Of a stretch of 64,000 nt of DNA, positions 9,629 to 19,713 are shown one piece after another. The notes beneath the pieces are model-generated. The model did not search any database. It worked only from the letters and a program-made list of their open reading frames with translations, and was not told the DNA's origin. The position numbers were made by a program, and so were the translations under genes. Source of the stretch: Alkalispirochaeta sp. (GTDB lineage Bacteria; Spirochaetota; Spirochaetia; DSM-27196; Alkalispirochaetaceae); NCBI GenBank assembly GCA_965242725.1, contig CBDESZ010000016.1, positions 128,001 through 192,000 on the forward strand, in the 5' to 3' direction. How positions within the stretch are numbered: the first letter of the stretch is position 1; each line of letters begins with the position of its first letter.

Positions 9629-11614
9629 TTATGTATCGCGATCAGTTTCGCGTAATATCGGAGAGAAGGCAAGAAGGATCATATCGTCTTTGGGGCGTAG
9701 ATCTCCCCGATACTCATCAAGGGCGCGGGCCACTTCATGTTCCTGTTCCGACAGGGGCAGGGAGCAGGAACCGTGGAGAATCTCCTTCAGTCGTCGCCGT
9801 CCCAGCCCGTAGCCCCGTTTTCCGCCGGGCAAATCGAGGACGCCGTCGCTGAAGAGATAGAAGACGGAATTTCCCCCTGCCGGGACCGTCGTGTGCGACA
9901 GCGAGGGTGTTCGATCGGTGGACCGGAACCCGAGGCGGACGCGGTTTCCTCCAACGTGAACCATCTCTCCCCCGGAAGCGTAGAGGAGCGGCAACCCCGC
10001 CCCGGAGAAATCGATGGTGCCCGTTGATTCGTGGTATCGGCACAAGGCGATGTCGAAGCCGTTGTCCAGATGGGCAACGTCGTCGGAGCCTCGGAGACTG
10101 TCCTGAACGTATTGGTGGAGGCGGACGAGCATTTCCCTCGACAGGGTATTCACCGTTGACGTTTCAATTACCCGGTTCAACTGCGCTCCCACGAGCATCG
10201 TCATAAACGCACCGGGAATACCGTGTCCCGTACAATCGACCACGGCGGCGCAGAAACCGTCTTCCATCGGTCGCACAAAGGCAAAATCACCGCCCACGGT
10301 GTCCAGGGGGCGATGAATGATGAAACTGTCTCTGAAGTGGAGTTCACGGTCGGTCCGGGACGGCATGACCGAGTCCTGTATCAGTTTTCCGTATCGTATC
10401 GATTCAAGAATCCGCTCCTGGCTGCGCCGGAGTTCCTGCGTCCGTTCCGCAACCTCCCGCTCCAGATTTTCCGTGTAGTTCCCGACCTGTTCGGTCATGC
10501 GGATAAAGGTGTCGGAGACGTTTCCGATTTCGTCGGGTCGGGAGCGATCAAGTTCCACGTCAAAGTTGCCCCCCGCGACCTGGAGTGCCGCCTCCGCCAA
10601 CGTGCCGAGGGGTCGCAGGATTTGCCTGTCCAGCAGCAGGACAACAACCCCCGCAAGTGCGAGAAGGGAGAGAATCATCATGGCAAGGAGGGGAAGAAAG
10701 TCCCGGGCACCCATGATCTGCTTGTCGTCAACCAGAACCAGGTTATACCAGTCCAGTTCCGGAATATGCCCCACCGCTGCGGTGACCGACACATCACCAA
10801 CCTTCAGCGGAAGAGTGACCGGCGTCGATCCGACTGTGGAAAACGCCTCTTCCAGGCGGACCCTGTCTTCACCGCGGGAAAGGAGGGACGGCAGATCGAT
10901 GCGATCTTCATCTCTCGTAACCCGGGCGTTGTGATCGATGATGGACCGGTCGGGGTGGGCGAGAATCTGGGCGTCGCTGTTCACCACGATGGACGTCACG
11001 CCGGAACCTCCTTCGGCAACGAGCGTATCCAGCACCTCGCTGAGGTCCAGCCCCGTTCCTGCGGCGCCAATGGTCGTACCGTCGGAGTCCCGTACAAGAC
11101 TGTTGATCCAGACGCGGACCTCCTGGAGAAAGGCGTTGTAGTCGACGTTGATCCAGAAATTCCGATCCGACTCCAGGGTGGCAAAAAACCAGCGGTCCCG
11201 GGGATCATCCCGTTCCATCACCGTCAGCTCCCGCCCTGCGGTTTGCGGCGTTTCCACATAGTACGCCAGCGTCTCGGCAATGGCGACAAAATAGGAGTTG
11301 TCGCTGAAGAGTCGACGATAGCTGTCCAGCTGCGCAGCGGCGGCCCGTTCCGCCGCTGCGTCGTCGGGGTTGTTCATCCATTGAATAACCGCCGGATCGT
11401 CTGCGAGTTTCAGGCTCAGTGCGGCATCCCGTTCAACGACCGTCAGAATGCGTGAGCGTTCGAGAAGATTCCGGGAGACGGCAAAACGGTCCACATATTC
11501 CCGGGTGATTCCGTCGATGGTAAAGAGAAAAATGATACCTGCGGCGACGGCGGTAACGAGATACAATGCGCCGATGGCGACGATAAACCGTCGTTTCAGG
11601 GAACTTCGAATCAT
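9629..11614 (-). CDS. siaA: SiaA-family membrane sensor PP2C/SpoIIE phosphatase (Cache, HAMP)
   Basis: Two TM segments, HAMP (DEIG), VGGDF, DCTGHGIPGAFMTM, FSDG, DD. Confidence 0.9.
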   Translation of the reverse strand: MIRSSLKRRFIVAIGALYLVTAVAAGIIFLFTIDGITREYVDRFAVSRNLLERSRILTVVERDAALSLKLADDPAVIQWMNNPDDAAAERAAAAQLDSYRRLFSDNSYFVAIAETLAYYVETPQTAGRELTVMERDDPRDRWFFATLESDRNFWINVDYNAFLQEVRVWINSLVRDSDGTTIGAAGTGLDLSEVLDTLVAEGGSGVTSIVVNSDAQILAHPDRSIIDHNARVTRDEDRIDLPSLLSRGEDRVRLEEAFSTVGSTPVTLPLKVGDVSVTAAVGHIPELDWYNLVLVDDKQIMGARDFLPLLAMMILSLLALAGVVVLLLDRQILRPLGTLAEAALQVAGGNFDVELDRSRPDEIGNVSDTFIRMTEQVGNYTENLEREVAERTQELRRSQERILESIRYGKLIQDSVMPSRTDRELHFRDSFIIHRPLDTVGGDFAFVRPMEDGFCAAVVDCTGHGIPGAFMTMLVGAQLNRVIETSTVNTLSREMLVRLHQYVQDSLRGSDDVAHLDNGFDIALCRYHESTGTIDFSGAGLPLLYASGGEMVHVGGNRVRLGFRSTDRTPSLSHTTVPAGGNSVFYLFSDGVLDLPGGKRGYGLGRRRLKEILHGSCSLPLSEQEHEVARALDEYRGDLRPKDDMILLAFSPILRETDRDT

Positions 11615-11709
11615 AGGAAGCCGTCTTCACCCGATGCAAACATGTGCGTTAATTATGGGTGATACGGAACGAAACGGCAACGGGCCGGGTAACGGGCACG
11701 GTCAGCCAA

Positions 11710-12180
11710 TTACACATCCTTGCACAGCGTCGCCTTTAAATAGCCCTCAAGGTCGGGATTTGAAGCCTTTTTCAGCACGAAGTCGACCCAGGCGTCCCGC
11801 TCATGACCGATGAGGAACAGGTCCCACGCACACGCGGTAAGACCGGTAGGGGTCATATACGTCAGGGCTTCAGGCCGGTCGGTGGGCGACACGTACACGT
11901 GATGATGAAGCTCATTCTCATCTGCCCACCAGTCCACAAAGACAAAATTGCCGGTCTTTCCTTCATGAATGCCGACAAAGCCGACGCGGTAGTGGTGCGT
12001 CTTTTCCGCACTCTCCGACAACCGGTCATCCGTAACCCGACGTGCTGCGTCAATCAGGTCCTGCCTGGGACGCCCACCGGTATAGGAAATACCGTAGGTT
12101 TTCAGTCTCCAATGACCGGCTTTCCAGAGACCGAGAAAGCAGAGTGACCGTGTTTTATACGCTTCCGATATTGTGACCAT
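11710..12180 (-). CDS. Conserved-looking hypothetical protein (156 aa)
   Basis: ATG at 12180 after a GGAG RBS; protein-like sequence (VDWWADENELHHHVY, ACAWDL...HERDAW). Confidence 0.65.
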   Translation of the reverse strand: MVTISEAYKTRSLCFLGLWKAGHWRLKTYGISYTGGRPRQDLIDAARRVTDDRLSESAEKTHHYRVGFVGIHEGKTGNFVFVDWWADENELHHHVYVSPTDRPEALTYMTPTGLTACAWDLFLIGHERDAWVDFVLKKASNPDLEGYLKATLCKDV

Positions 12181-12223
12181 GCCGCACTCCGAATTGGAAA
12201 AATACGCCGACTCGCCGGCACCA

Positions 12224-13054
12224 CTACCGTTGCCGGAACCTCCCGCTTCCGGACATTGAAATCTCCTCGATGTCCGAACCCTTCGCCACTTCCACATCGC
12301 CTGACCCGGTAATACGCACCGTGACGCTGCCCGCCGCCAGGTCGCCGCCGCGAAAACTGCCCGAACCGGTCGTACGGATGCGTGCGGACGCCACCGCCCC
12401 GTCAACCGTCGCGGATCCGCTTCCGGAAAGGGAAACAACGAGCTGTTGTGCCCGTACGGACGTCGTCGCACCGCCGGAACCGGTCAAATCGATGGAAACA
12501 TCGCCCCCCTCGATCGTACCCGTCCTGATATCGCCGGAACCCGTCGCACGGAGCTCCACCTCACCGGCGCCGACGGACCCGACCTCAACGTGACCGGAAC
12601 CGGTTGAACGGACTTCCAACGAATCGGCGGTAATCGCGGCAAACCGGATATCCCCCGAGCCCGTCGCGGTCAGCTGCACGGCGTCACCGATCCATTGATC
12701 CCGGGACACAATGGATCCCGAAGAGGTGAGTCGCACCGCTTCAATTTCCGGCATCGTGATTGCCAGCCGGATCACATCGCCCCGGCGAATCCGCAACCAC
12801 GGTTCATCGGTATCTACAACCAGCGTTCCGCCGTCATTCCGAATACGAATGTCCCGGACGTACCGGTCGGGAATATCCGCCTCCACCGCCCAGTCCCCGC
12901 CGCGCTCAAGCACCGTCTCCGCGGGAATCCGGATATCCACACTCTCAAACCGCCCGTAATCGCGCCGTCCAAAGGGATCCTCCCCATCACCCGCCGCGTA
13001 TGCTATTCCCGCCGCCGCAACACACATCACAACCGTCGTCCACACATGTCTCAT
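12224..13054 (-). CDS. Exported GIN-domain (DUF2807-like) beta-solenoid protein
   Basis: Signal peptide; repeated TGSG(D/H)(I/V) turns; GAGAGG RBS. Confidence 0.85.
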   Translation of the reverse strand: MRHVWTTVVMCVAAAGIAYAAGDGEDPFGRRDYGRFESVDIRIPAETVLERGGDWAVEADIPDRYVRDIRIRNDGGTLVVDTDEPWLRIRRGDVIRLAITMPEIEAVRLTSSGSIVSRDQWIGDAVQLTATGSGDIRFAAITADSLEVRSTGSGHVEVGSVGAGEVELRATGSGDIRTGTIEGGDVSIDLTGSGGATTSVRAQQLVVSLSGSGSATVDGAVASARIRTTGSGSFRGGDLAAGSVTVRITGSGDVEVAKGSDIEEISMSGSGRFRQR

Positions 13055-13285
13055 AATTCACCTCTCGACACGTCCATTTGTGAGTGTAACACCGTTGCTG
13101 TTGTCTTCTGTCACCAATAAATATAATCGAACCATCCGGTTCCGCGGAGAGTAATCATCACATCGTCGGTCCAACACCGGGATCGGGGGGCAGGCGTCCA
13201 TGCGTTTTTTATCTGAAAAGGGCTATATCTGCAGGTACCGGAGCACTGAAGGTGTGGCCATCCCACGGTGTTTTTAGTTCCTGAG

Positions 13286-13294
13286 TGTTATAAT
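13286..13294 (+). promoter_or_regulatory. Extended -10 promoter element (TGtTATAAT)
   Basis: Perfect TGnTATAAT upstream of the FecR-domain gene. Confidence 0.55.
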
Positions 13295-13352
13295 CAACTA
13301 CATCGCCACGGTGGAGACGAATCCACACACGGCGCGTCAACAGGAGAACAAA

Positions 13353-14042
13353 ATGCTGAGAACGACCCAATCAATACGGAAAGCCCTCCCCGACCACATT
13401 GCCGGCCCCCTCATTGTGCTCGCCCTCTTCTTCTTTGCGGGAGCAACGATTTCGGCGCAGTCCCGGACAGTGGGCGCGCGCATCGTGTGGATGGACGATC
13501 CCGACGAGGTGATCATCCGCGACAACAACGGCGAGTCCATCCAATCCGATTTCGGGCTGATGCTGGAGGGCGGTTACTCTATCGAGACTGCGAATTCGGT
13601 GGTAGAGCTGGAACTCGTACCCAACGGGTCGGTCGTAATTCTCGACGCCGACACGTCGTTCCACGTAGACGGGCTCGCCGGGGAGAGACGCAATCGCGCA
13701 TCCCGTGAGAACGCCTTCTCTCTCGTCGCAGGGAAGATGCGCCTCGTCGCGGCTCGGAACACCGGGGCATCCTACGTGGTGCGCACCGAAACCGCCGTTG
13801 CCGGCGTCCGCGGGACCGATTTTTACCGCCAATACGATCCCGAAGAGGACAAAGACTGGCTCTGCGTTACCGAAGGCGCAGTGCAATTTTCCTCGCCGAA
13901 CGGCGACCGTAGTGTCCTCGTTCCTGCCGGTGCCTTTGTCGATCTCAATGTGGGTTTCGAGATCTCCCGGCCGGACGAGGAGTGGCTGCAGTCAAACCTC
14001 ACCCTGGAATCGCTTCAGGGCGCTGAGCTTCCATCGCGATAG
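13353..14042 (+). CDS. Exported FecR-domain protein
   Basis: Signal/TM segment; VRTETAVAGVRGTDF...CVTEGAV FecR motif. Confidence 0.85.
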   Translation: MLRTTQSIRKALPDHIAGPLIVLALFFFAGATISAQSRTVGARIVWMDDPDEVIIRDNNGESIQSDFGLMLEGGYSIETANSVVELELVPNGSVVILDADTSFHVDGLAGERRNRASRENAFSLVAGKMRLVAARNTGASYVVRTETAVAGVRGTDFYRQYDPEEDKDWLCVTEGAVQFSSPNGDRSVLVPAGAFVDLNVGFEISRPDEEWLQSNLTLESLQGAELPSR

Positions 14043-14131
14043 TGCTTCCGGCAGTACAAGCACGGTTCGTCCGTCTGCGATTGCAGCGCGATGCGCTGCA
14101 CGCAGCGGCAATCGGCAAAGACGGTGGCGTC

Positions 14132-14893
14132 TCAAAGAATTCCAAACAACCGCAGGGAACTCAGCGCCACTGTGGCAACGATGACCCAGCGTACTGCTCC
14201 GGTACCCCGCTTCACGGCAAAGTTCACCCCCACCCAGGCGCCGGTCATGGACCCGATACCAAGAAGCAGCCCGTAGTGCCAGAGCACCTTGCCGTAAAAC
14301 GCGAAGACCACCAGGGAAAGAATGGTGAAAAAAACGACTACCAGCAGTTTTGTGGCATTCGTCTTGATCAGGTCCTGTCCCAGAAGCACCGATACCGCGC
14401 TGATCAGGAGAAATCCGACACCGGCCTGTATAAAACCGGCGTATACACCAATCAGAAAGAATGACGAGTAACGGACCCAGACGGATGTGGTCCAGGACGG
14501 CCGTTCTCCCCCGCCTTCGGGCTTTCGGATAAAGAGGGTGAGAAGAACAAGGATCAACACAAATCCGAGAACGAGATTGAAAACGGCGTCACTCAGATTA
14601 GCCGCAATAAAGGCCCCGCCGATGGCGCCAACGAGCCCGGGCACCGCCGCCTGCCAGGCAACGCCGAGATCAAGCTGCCCTTTCCGTCTGAATCGTTCCG
14701 CGCCGACGAGACTCTGAAGAAGGACCGCAATGCGATTCGTGGCGTTGGCGACGGTACTCGGTATGCCGAGGAATAGCAAAGCCGGAATCGTCAGAAGAGA
14801 GCCACCTCCGGCAAGACTGTTTACAAATCCGGCGATACCTCCCGCCAGGACGAGGAGCGCGAGTTTTCCGATTTCAGTCCAATCCACATTCAA
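14132..14893 (-). CDS. TauE/SafE-family (TSUP) sulfite/anion exporter
   Basis: AGFVNSLAGGGSLL, ANATNR, YAGFIQAGVG; about 8 TM segments. Confidence 0.9.
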   Translation of the reverse strand: MNVDWTEIGKLALLVLAGGIAGFVNSLAGGGSLLTIPALLFLGIPSTVANATNRIAVLLQSLVGAERFRRKGQLDLGVAWQAAVPGLVGAIGGAFIAANLSDAVFNLVLGFVLILVLLTLFIRKPEGGGERPSWTTSVWVRYSSFFLIGVYAGFIQAGVGFLLISAVSVLLGQDLIKTNATKLLVVVFFTILSLVVFAFYGKVLWHYGLLLGIGSMTGAWVGVNFAVKRGTGAVRWVIVATVALSSLRLFGIL

Positions 14894-14938
14894 CTCCTGA
14901 AAAAAGCGTTATGCCCCGGCCGATCGACGCGGCAGTTG

Positions 14939-15784
14939 CTACAAACCCTCAAACACTTCCGCCAGCTGTCCCGCGTCCGGACGGGTACCGTACTCGCACG
15001 GCTCAAATGCCTCTGCCTCAACGACGGCGTTTCCGTGCTTCTCGCCGTATCGTTCGACCAGAAATGTTCGGTATCTGTCGGCAATCGTCGGAACAAATCG
15101 GTGTTTATAGTATCGTTCGAGCCACGCCTTCCGTTTCCCCTGATCCTGCGGAATCGGATCAGGATATCGCTCCACCCATGGCAGCCATTCAAAGAGCTGA
15201 CTCTCATGCTTCCCCAGCATATCCAGCTTGTCCCCGATAACGGGATCGATGTCTATCACAACCGCCGGTGCAAAGGGCCGGGGATATTCAAAGGCGTCAG
15301 CCCAGTAAAAAATGATCGGATTGTACTGCAACGGCTCACTGTCCGGCACCACGTGGGGTACCATGAACATATAGGCGGAATCCTGCACAAGCAGCGACAT
15401 ATAGCGGTGGTCCGGATGATAATCATTGGGTCGATTCGTGACGATGACGTCAGGCTTCACCTCACGTACAAGGCGTATTATCTTCTCGCGGTTCTCCAGC
15501 GTCGGCTCGAGGGACCCGTCAGGAATACCGAGAATCCGGCTTTCGGCGCCGATCCTCCCCGCCGCTTCGGCAGCTTCCTTCCTGCGTCTGGCCGCAACCT
15601 CCTCCGGCTTCATGAGATGATGCCCCGAGCGGCCGTCGGTCACACTCACAATGACGACTTCGTTTCCGGCCTGTGCCCATCGTGCCGCGGTTCCGGATGC
15701 CCGGAACTCGGTATCGTCGGGATGAGCGCCAAGGAAGAGAATCGTCATGGTTCCCGATTTCGTCGTCAATCGATTTTTATTCAC
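14939..15784 (-). CDS. PIG-L/LmbE-family deacetylase
   Basis: AHPDD, RRKEA, DYHPDH metal-binding motifs. Confidence 0.93.
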   Translation of the reverse strand: MNKNRLTTKSGTMTILFLGAHPDDTEFRASGTAARWAQAGNEVVIVSVTDGRSGHHLMKPEEVAARRRKEAAEAAGRIGAESRILGIPDGSLEPTLENREKIIRLVREVKPDVIVTNRPNDYHPDHRYMSLLVQDSAYMFMVPHVVPDSEPLQYNPIIFYWADAFEYPRPFAPAVVIDIDPVIGDKLDMLGKHESQLFEWLPWVERYPDPIPQDQGKRKAWLERYYKHRFVPTIADRYRTFLVERYGEKHGNAVVEAEAFEPCEYGTRPDAGQLAEVFEGL

Positions 15785-15816
15785 AGGGATACCTCCAATA
15801 CGTCAGGTAATATCGT

Positions 15817-16818
15817 TTATGGCGCCAGCGGAAGGGGAACGGTGACCCCTGATGCGGCAGACCGATACGCCGCGAGAACGACTTCCAACGCCACGCAGCC
15901 ATCTTCTCCGGTTGCGCCTTTGTTCTCTTTCCCCGCTATGGCGGCACAAAAATCAAGGATCATCTCGCGGCTTGTGTTTCGCCCGTAGGGCACATACTCA
16001 ACGGGTTTTACACCTTCACCATATCTGACAATCCGCGACGCCTGCGTGTCCACCCGCAGCGAGCGGAGAGAACCGTTTATTTCAAGGACGTTGTCTCCCC
16101 ATGTCGGAAAGCTCGCGGGTCGGGACCAGCTTGCGTCAATTGTAAGGGGAACGCCGCCCTGCATTTCGACGAGGACCAGACCTGCATCTTCTACGGCGAT
16201 ATCTGAAAAAAACACAGCCTGCTCCGCGTACACCCTTTCAGGTTCAAGACCGAAAATCCACCGCGCAAAGTCCAGCTGATGAACGATATGGTCCATCATG
16301 GATCCACCGCCGGAAAGCGCGGATTCCACAAACCATCCGCCCGGGTTCTGTCCCCTGTTCATACCCACAAGTGTTATGGGATCCCCAATTTCACCTCGTC
16401 TGACCAGGGGAACAAGCTGTTCTGCAGCTTCCGAGAACCGTGTCGTAAAGGCGATTTTCAGGATACGACCTCCGGCTGCGGCAGAATCGATGATTGCCCG
16501 GGCGTCGTACAGGGTCGTGGCAATCGGCTTCTCACACAGAACGTGTACCCCCGCGTCCAGTGCGGCGACGCAGTGATCCCGGTGGCGGCTGTTCTCGGAA
16601 CAAACAATGACACCGTCGGGACGGTCACCGCCGTTTCCGCCGGCAAGAAGTTGGTCGAGGTCGGGATAAAACCGCGTTCCATGTTTCTGCGCCGCCGCCC
16701 GACCCCGTTCGGCGTCTTCGTCGAAAATACCGACACATTCGATACCGGGGGTGCTGTTGAGAACCGCCTGATAGCGTTCCGCATGGACATGGGCAAAGCT
16801 GACAATTGCCAGTTTCAT
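15817..16818 (-). CDS. Gfo/Idh/MocA-family oxidoreductase
   Basis: SFAHVH N-terminus, HVLCEKP, GGGSMMDHIVH. Confidence 0.92.
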   Translation of the reverse strand: MKLAIVSFAHVHAERYQAVLNSTPGIECVGIFDEDAERGRAAAQKHGTRFYPDLDQLLAGGNGGDRPDGVIVCSENSRHRDHCVAALDAGVHVLCEKPIATTLYDARAIIDSAAAGGRILKIAFTTRFSEAAEQLVPLVRRGEIGDPITLVGMNRGQNPGGWFVESALSGGGSMMDHIVHQLDFARWIFGLEPERVYAEQAVFFSDIAVEDAGLVLVEMQGGVPLTIDASWSRPASFPTWGDNVLEINGSLRSLRVDTQASRIVRYGEGVKPVEYVPYGRNTSREMILDFCAAIAGKENKGATGEDGCVALEVVLAAYRSAASGVTVPLPLAP

Positions 16819-17708
16819 AGCATCACCGCCTCATTAGTCGTCACGCTCTCCCGGTATGCGGTAAGGGCACGAACGACGCGCCGCACCACACCGTTGTCCG
16901 GTTCGCCCGAACCGGTTGACAACCCGACGACGGGGCCTCCGTGGGGATCATGTTCAGTGATTCCTGCTTCGCTGCCATCCACCCGTGATTGCGGGGCGTC
17001 TTCCTGCGCGCCGATCCGTTGCGCCACCGTCTCAAGAGCCCTTCCAATCCCGGGTGGCCCGAGCGCGGTCGCCCCCTCGTCGATGTCGTGATCCGTTCCG
17101 AGGGAGGTGATTCCATGTGCGTGACGTCGCTCCCAGGCAAGCATCCCGCCCCGCCAGGCGTGTTCCCATTCGGTCGCCCCCGGTTCCGTGTCTTCCACGG
17201 CGAGATTGATATGCACCAGGGTACCGAGTTGCATACGCAGAATAATGAGGCTGTATTGCCCGTCGCCACATTCAACCGCACGAATCCGCGACACAGCACC
17301 GAGATTGCGTGCAAGGAAATAGAAGGCTTCACCCAATGCCCGCTGCCTGCGCACGCCCGCAGCATATCCCCCGGCGTAGCGCCAACTCATACGCAGCACA
17401 CCCATCCGGCTTTTTTCGGCCGACAACCATTGCGTCACAAGTGTCGAAAAAGAGTCGCCGTATCCGCAGGCAGTCAGAGCATAGATCGGCATATCCTCGG
17501 AGTCGGGAGAGAGCTGCCGGAGGATCGTCGGATCGGCACAGAGCGCCGGGTCTACCACAAGAGGGGATTTCCCGCGCCCTCGTTCAGGGAGTACTCCCGT
17601 CTCCCGTCGACGCCATCCGCCGGTGCCGGGCAGTTCATAGCTGCCAAGCGCCGCGTCCATTTCGCCGGCAATATCTTCTGCCGTCCAGACTGATACGTCA
17701 GACACCAT
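16815..17708 (-). CDS. Hypothetical protein, possibly a degenerate Gfo/Idh/MocA paralogue
   Basis: Fills the operon gap exactly, abutting/overlapping both neighbours; C-terminal beta-sheet pattern resembles its neighbours; lacks GxGxxG and EKP. Confidence 0.55.
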   Translation of the reverse strand: MVSDVSVWTAEDIAGEMDAALGSYELPGTGGWRRRETGVLPERGRGKSPLVVDPALCADPTILRQLSPDSEDMPIYALTACGYGDSFSTLVTQWLSAEKSRMGVLRMSWRYAGGYAAGVRRQRALGEAFYFLARNLGAVSRIRAVECGDGQYSLIILRMQLGTLVHINLAVEDTEPGATEWEHAWRGGMLAWERRHAHGITSLGTDHDIDEGATALGPPGIGRALETVAQRIGAQEDAPQSRVDGSEAGITEHDPHGGPVVGLSTGSGEPDNGVVRRVVRALTAYRESVTTNEAVML

Positions 17709-18710
17709 TCACGTGCCCGCTGTCGTTTCCAGAGAAGAGATCAGCTTCAGGGCGGTCTCTACCGCCAGCCGTGCATCCTGCAGGCTGATTTTGAAATCAT
17801 CCCCATCCCGCAGGCGGTCGCTGAAGTGCTGCAGCTCTTCCGCATAAGGGTTCGTGCCGAGTATAGGAGGAAGCTCGGAAAACTCCTTCCGCTCCCGTCC
17901 GCTTTCGGTGAACACCTCAACATAGGCGTGGCTGTTTTCGCGAAATTCGCACTCCATCGTCCCCTCTTCAAAAAGCATGCGAAAACCGCTGGTAAAGGGA
18001 TACGTCTGAGGCATAAGGTGGCTCGCTTCAATGCTCGACCGCCCGCCTGAGGGGTAGGTCAGAGCCGAAACAACATGGCTCGGGCCTCCGGGCTCCGTCA
18101 CGACTTCCCGTGCCATGAAATCGGCGGGGGCCCCGAAACACCAGTTTGAAATATCCAGGTCGTGAATGGAGAGGTCCATAATGGTGCCGCCGCTTTTACT
18201 CCGGTCCAGAAGCCAGCTGTTCCAGCTCCACGTCGGTGTAAAGGACTCCCTCCATGCCGAGAAGAAGAGCGGTTTTCCCATCGTTCCGGAATCGATAGTG
18301 CTTCGCAGGTACATATATTCGGGCTTGAAACGGCAGACATGGGCGACCATCATTCTCTGCCCGCTTTTCCGGGATGCATCGATCATTGCGTCGATGTCCT
18401 CGAGAGAAATTGCAAACGGTTTTTCCACGAGGGCGGCCAGTCCCGCGTCAAATGCCGCTTCCGCCGCTTTGCGGTGCAACGTGCTGGGCAGACAGATGTC
18501 GAGAACGTCAAGGTTTGCGCGTTCGATCATCTCCTCCATCGTTTTGTAGCCCGGGGCATCCGCCTCCTTCGCAAGGGCATTCCGCTTGGTCTCGTCCATC
18601 TCCGCGATGCCGACCACTCGGGCGCCTTTGACAAGGTGCCACGCCGGAACGTGTCGCTCGCCGATAAAGCCTGCGCCAACTACGCCAATTCGCAATTCAT
18701 CGTTCTTCAC
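17709..18710 (-). CDS. Gfo/Idh/MocA-family oxidoreductase
   Basis: VVGAGFIG, LVEKP, SGGTIMDLSIHD. Confidence 0.93.
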   Translation of the reverse strand: MKNDELRIGVVGAGFIGERHVPAWHLVKGARVVGIAEMDETKRNALAKEADAPGYKTMEEMIERANLDVLDICLPSTLHRKAAEAAFDAGLAALVEKPFAISLEDIDAMIDASRKSGQRMMVAHVCRFKPEYMYLRSTIDSGTMGKPLFFSAWRESFTPTWSWNSWLLDRSKSGGTIMDLSIHDLDISNWCFGAPADFMAREVVTEPGGPSHVVSALTYPSGGRSSIEASHLMPQTYPFTSGFRMLFEEGTMECEFRENSHAYVEVFTESGRERKEFSELPPILGTNPYAEELQHFSDRLRDGDDFKISLQDARLAVETALKLISSLETTAGT

Positions 18711-18723
18711 GGTACGCTCCTTA

Positions 18724-19713
18724 TCACTGTCGAATCGATCGCTCTCTATTGTAGAGGGCGAGCAGCAGTAGCAGGATACTGCCGTTGATAATCATCTTCA
18801 CCGGTGAACTTGCCCTGACCATAATGAGAAGACTTGCCAGAAGGGTAAGCACTATGGCGCCTACAACGGAGCCGGAATAACGTCCCCGGCCCCCGGAAAA
18901 CGGCGAGCCCCCGATCAGGACGGCGGCCACCGCCGGGAGGACGTAGTCGTTTGCAATGTTGATGTTTACAAATGTGTTGTACGCCGCAAACCAGAACCCT
19001 GCCATTCCCGCCAGCATACCGCTCAGGACATATACGAGACCGCGAATTCTGTTTGCCCTGATCCCGGCAAAGTTGGCGGCGTTCTCGTTACTCCCGGTCG
19101 CGAGAAACTGCCTCCCGAATACGGTGCGAAACATCAGGACATTCATGATAAGTATCATGAGGGCTCCCAGGATAACCATGTACGGCAGCCACGGGAAAAT
19201 ACGGGTTGTACCGATATAGCTGATTGCAGGCGCCGGTTTTCCGTCCGGCGTTCCTCCGGAGACGAGCATTTGTATCGTAATGACCACATTTGCCATTGAA
19301 AGCGTCATGACCAGCGGCGGAACCTTTGCCTTGATAATACCCAGGGCGTTGCAGAATCCTATTGCCGCGCCCGACGCCAGAATGATCAGTATTGCCGGCA
19401 GGATCATCGCGTTGTTCTGACGCATCACCTGAACCGCAATGATCGCTCCAAGGGACATGACCGATCCCATACTGATATCGATGCCCCCTCCCACAATCAC
19501 GACAAGGGTCTGCCCGGCTGCGGCGAGGGCGAGAATGACGCTCAAACCGAGTATGTTTCCGATATTCGCCGGGGACATGAAATTACTGTTCAGGAAGCGG
19601 CCGACGACGAGAAGCAGCAACGCAACAAGGATCATTGTGAATGTCTGATTCTCCCGCAGCCGCCTGTAGAACGCTGCCGTGCTCAGTTCACGGGCCGGGT
19701 CCGGCATTTTCAT
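18724..19713 (-). CDS. Sugar ABC transporter permease (CUT2/RbsC-like)
   Basis: GGIDISMG, FGRQFLATGSNENAA, AAVLIGG. Confidence 0.93.
   Translation of the reverse strand: MKMPDPARELSTAAFYRRLRENQTFTMILVALLLLVVGRFLNSNFMSPANIGNILGLSVILALAAAGQTLVVIVGGGIDISMGSVMSLGAIIAVQVMRQNNAMILPAILIILASGAAIGFCNALGIIKAKVPPLVMTLSMANVVITIQMLVSGGTPDGKPAPAISYIGTTRIFPWLPYMVILGALMILIMNVLMFRTVFGRQFLATGSNENAANFAGIRANRIRGLVYVLSGMLAGMAGFWFAAYNTFVNINIANDYVLPAVAAVLIGGSPFSGGRGRYSGSVVGAIVLTLLASLLIMVRASSPVKMIINGSILLLLLALYNRERSIRQ

Noticed and set aside
12224..12760. Repeated CCGGAACC(C/G) DNA motifs
   Set aside because: They encode the TGSG turns of the GIN beta-solenoid, so the repeat is explained at protein level.
14132..14893. 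TauE as evidence that the operon is sulfoglycolytic
   Set aside because: No sulfoquinovosidase, SQ kinase, aldolase or transaldolase is present, and a weak hairpin plus T run at about 14900-14935 may separate TauE from the operon.
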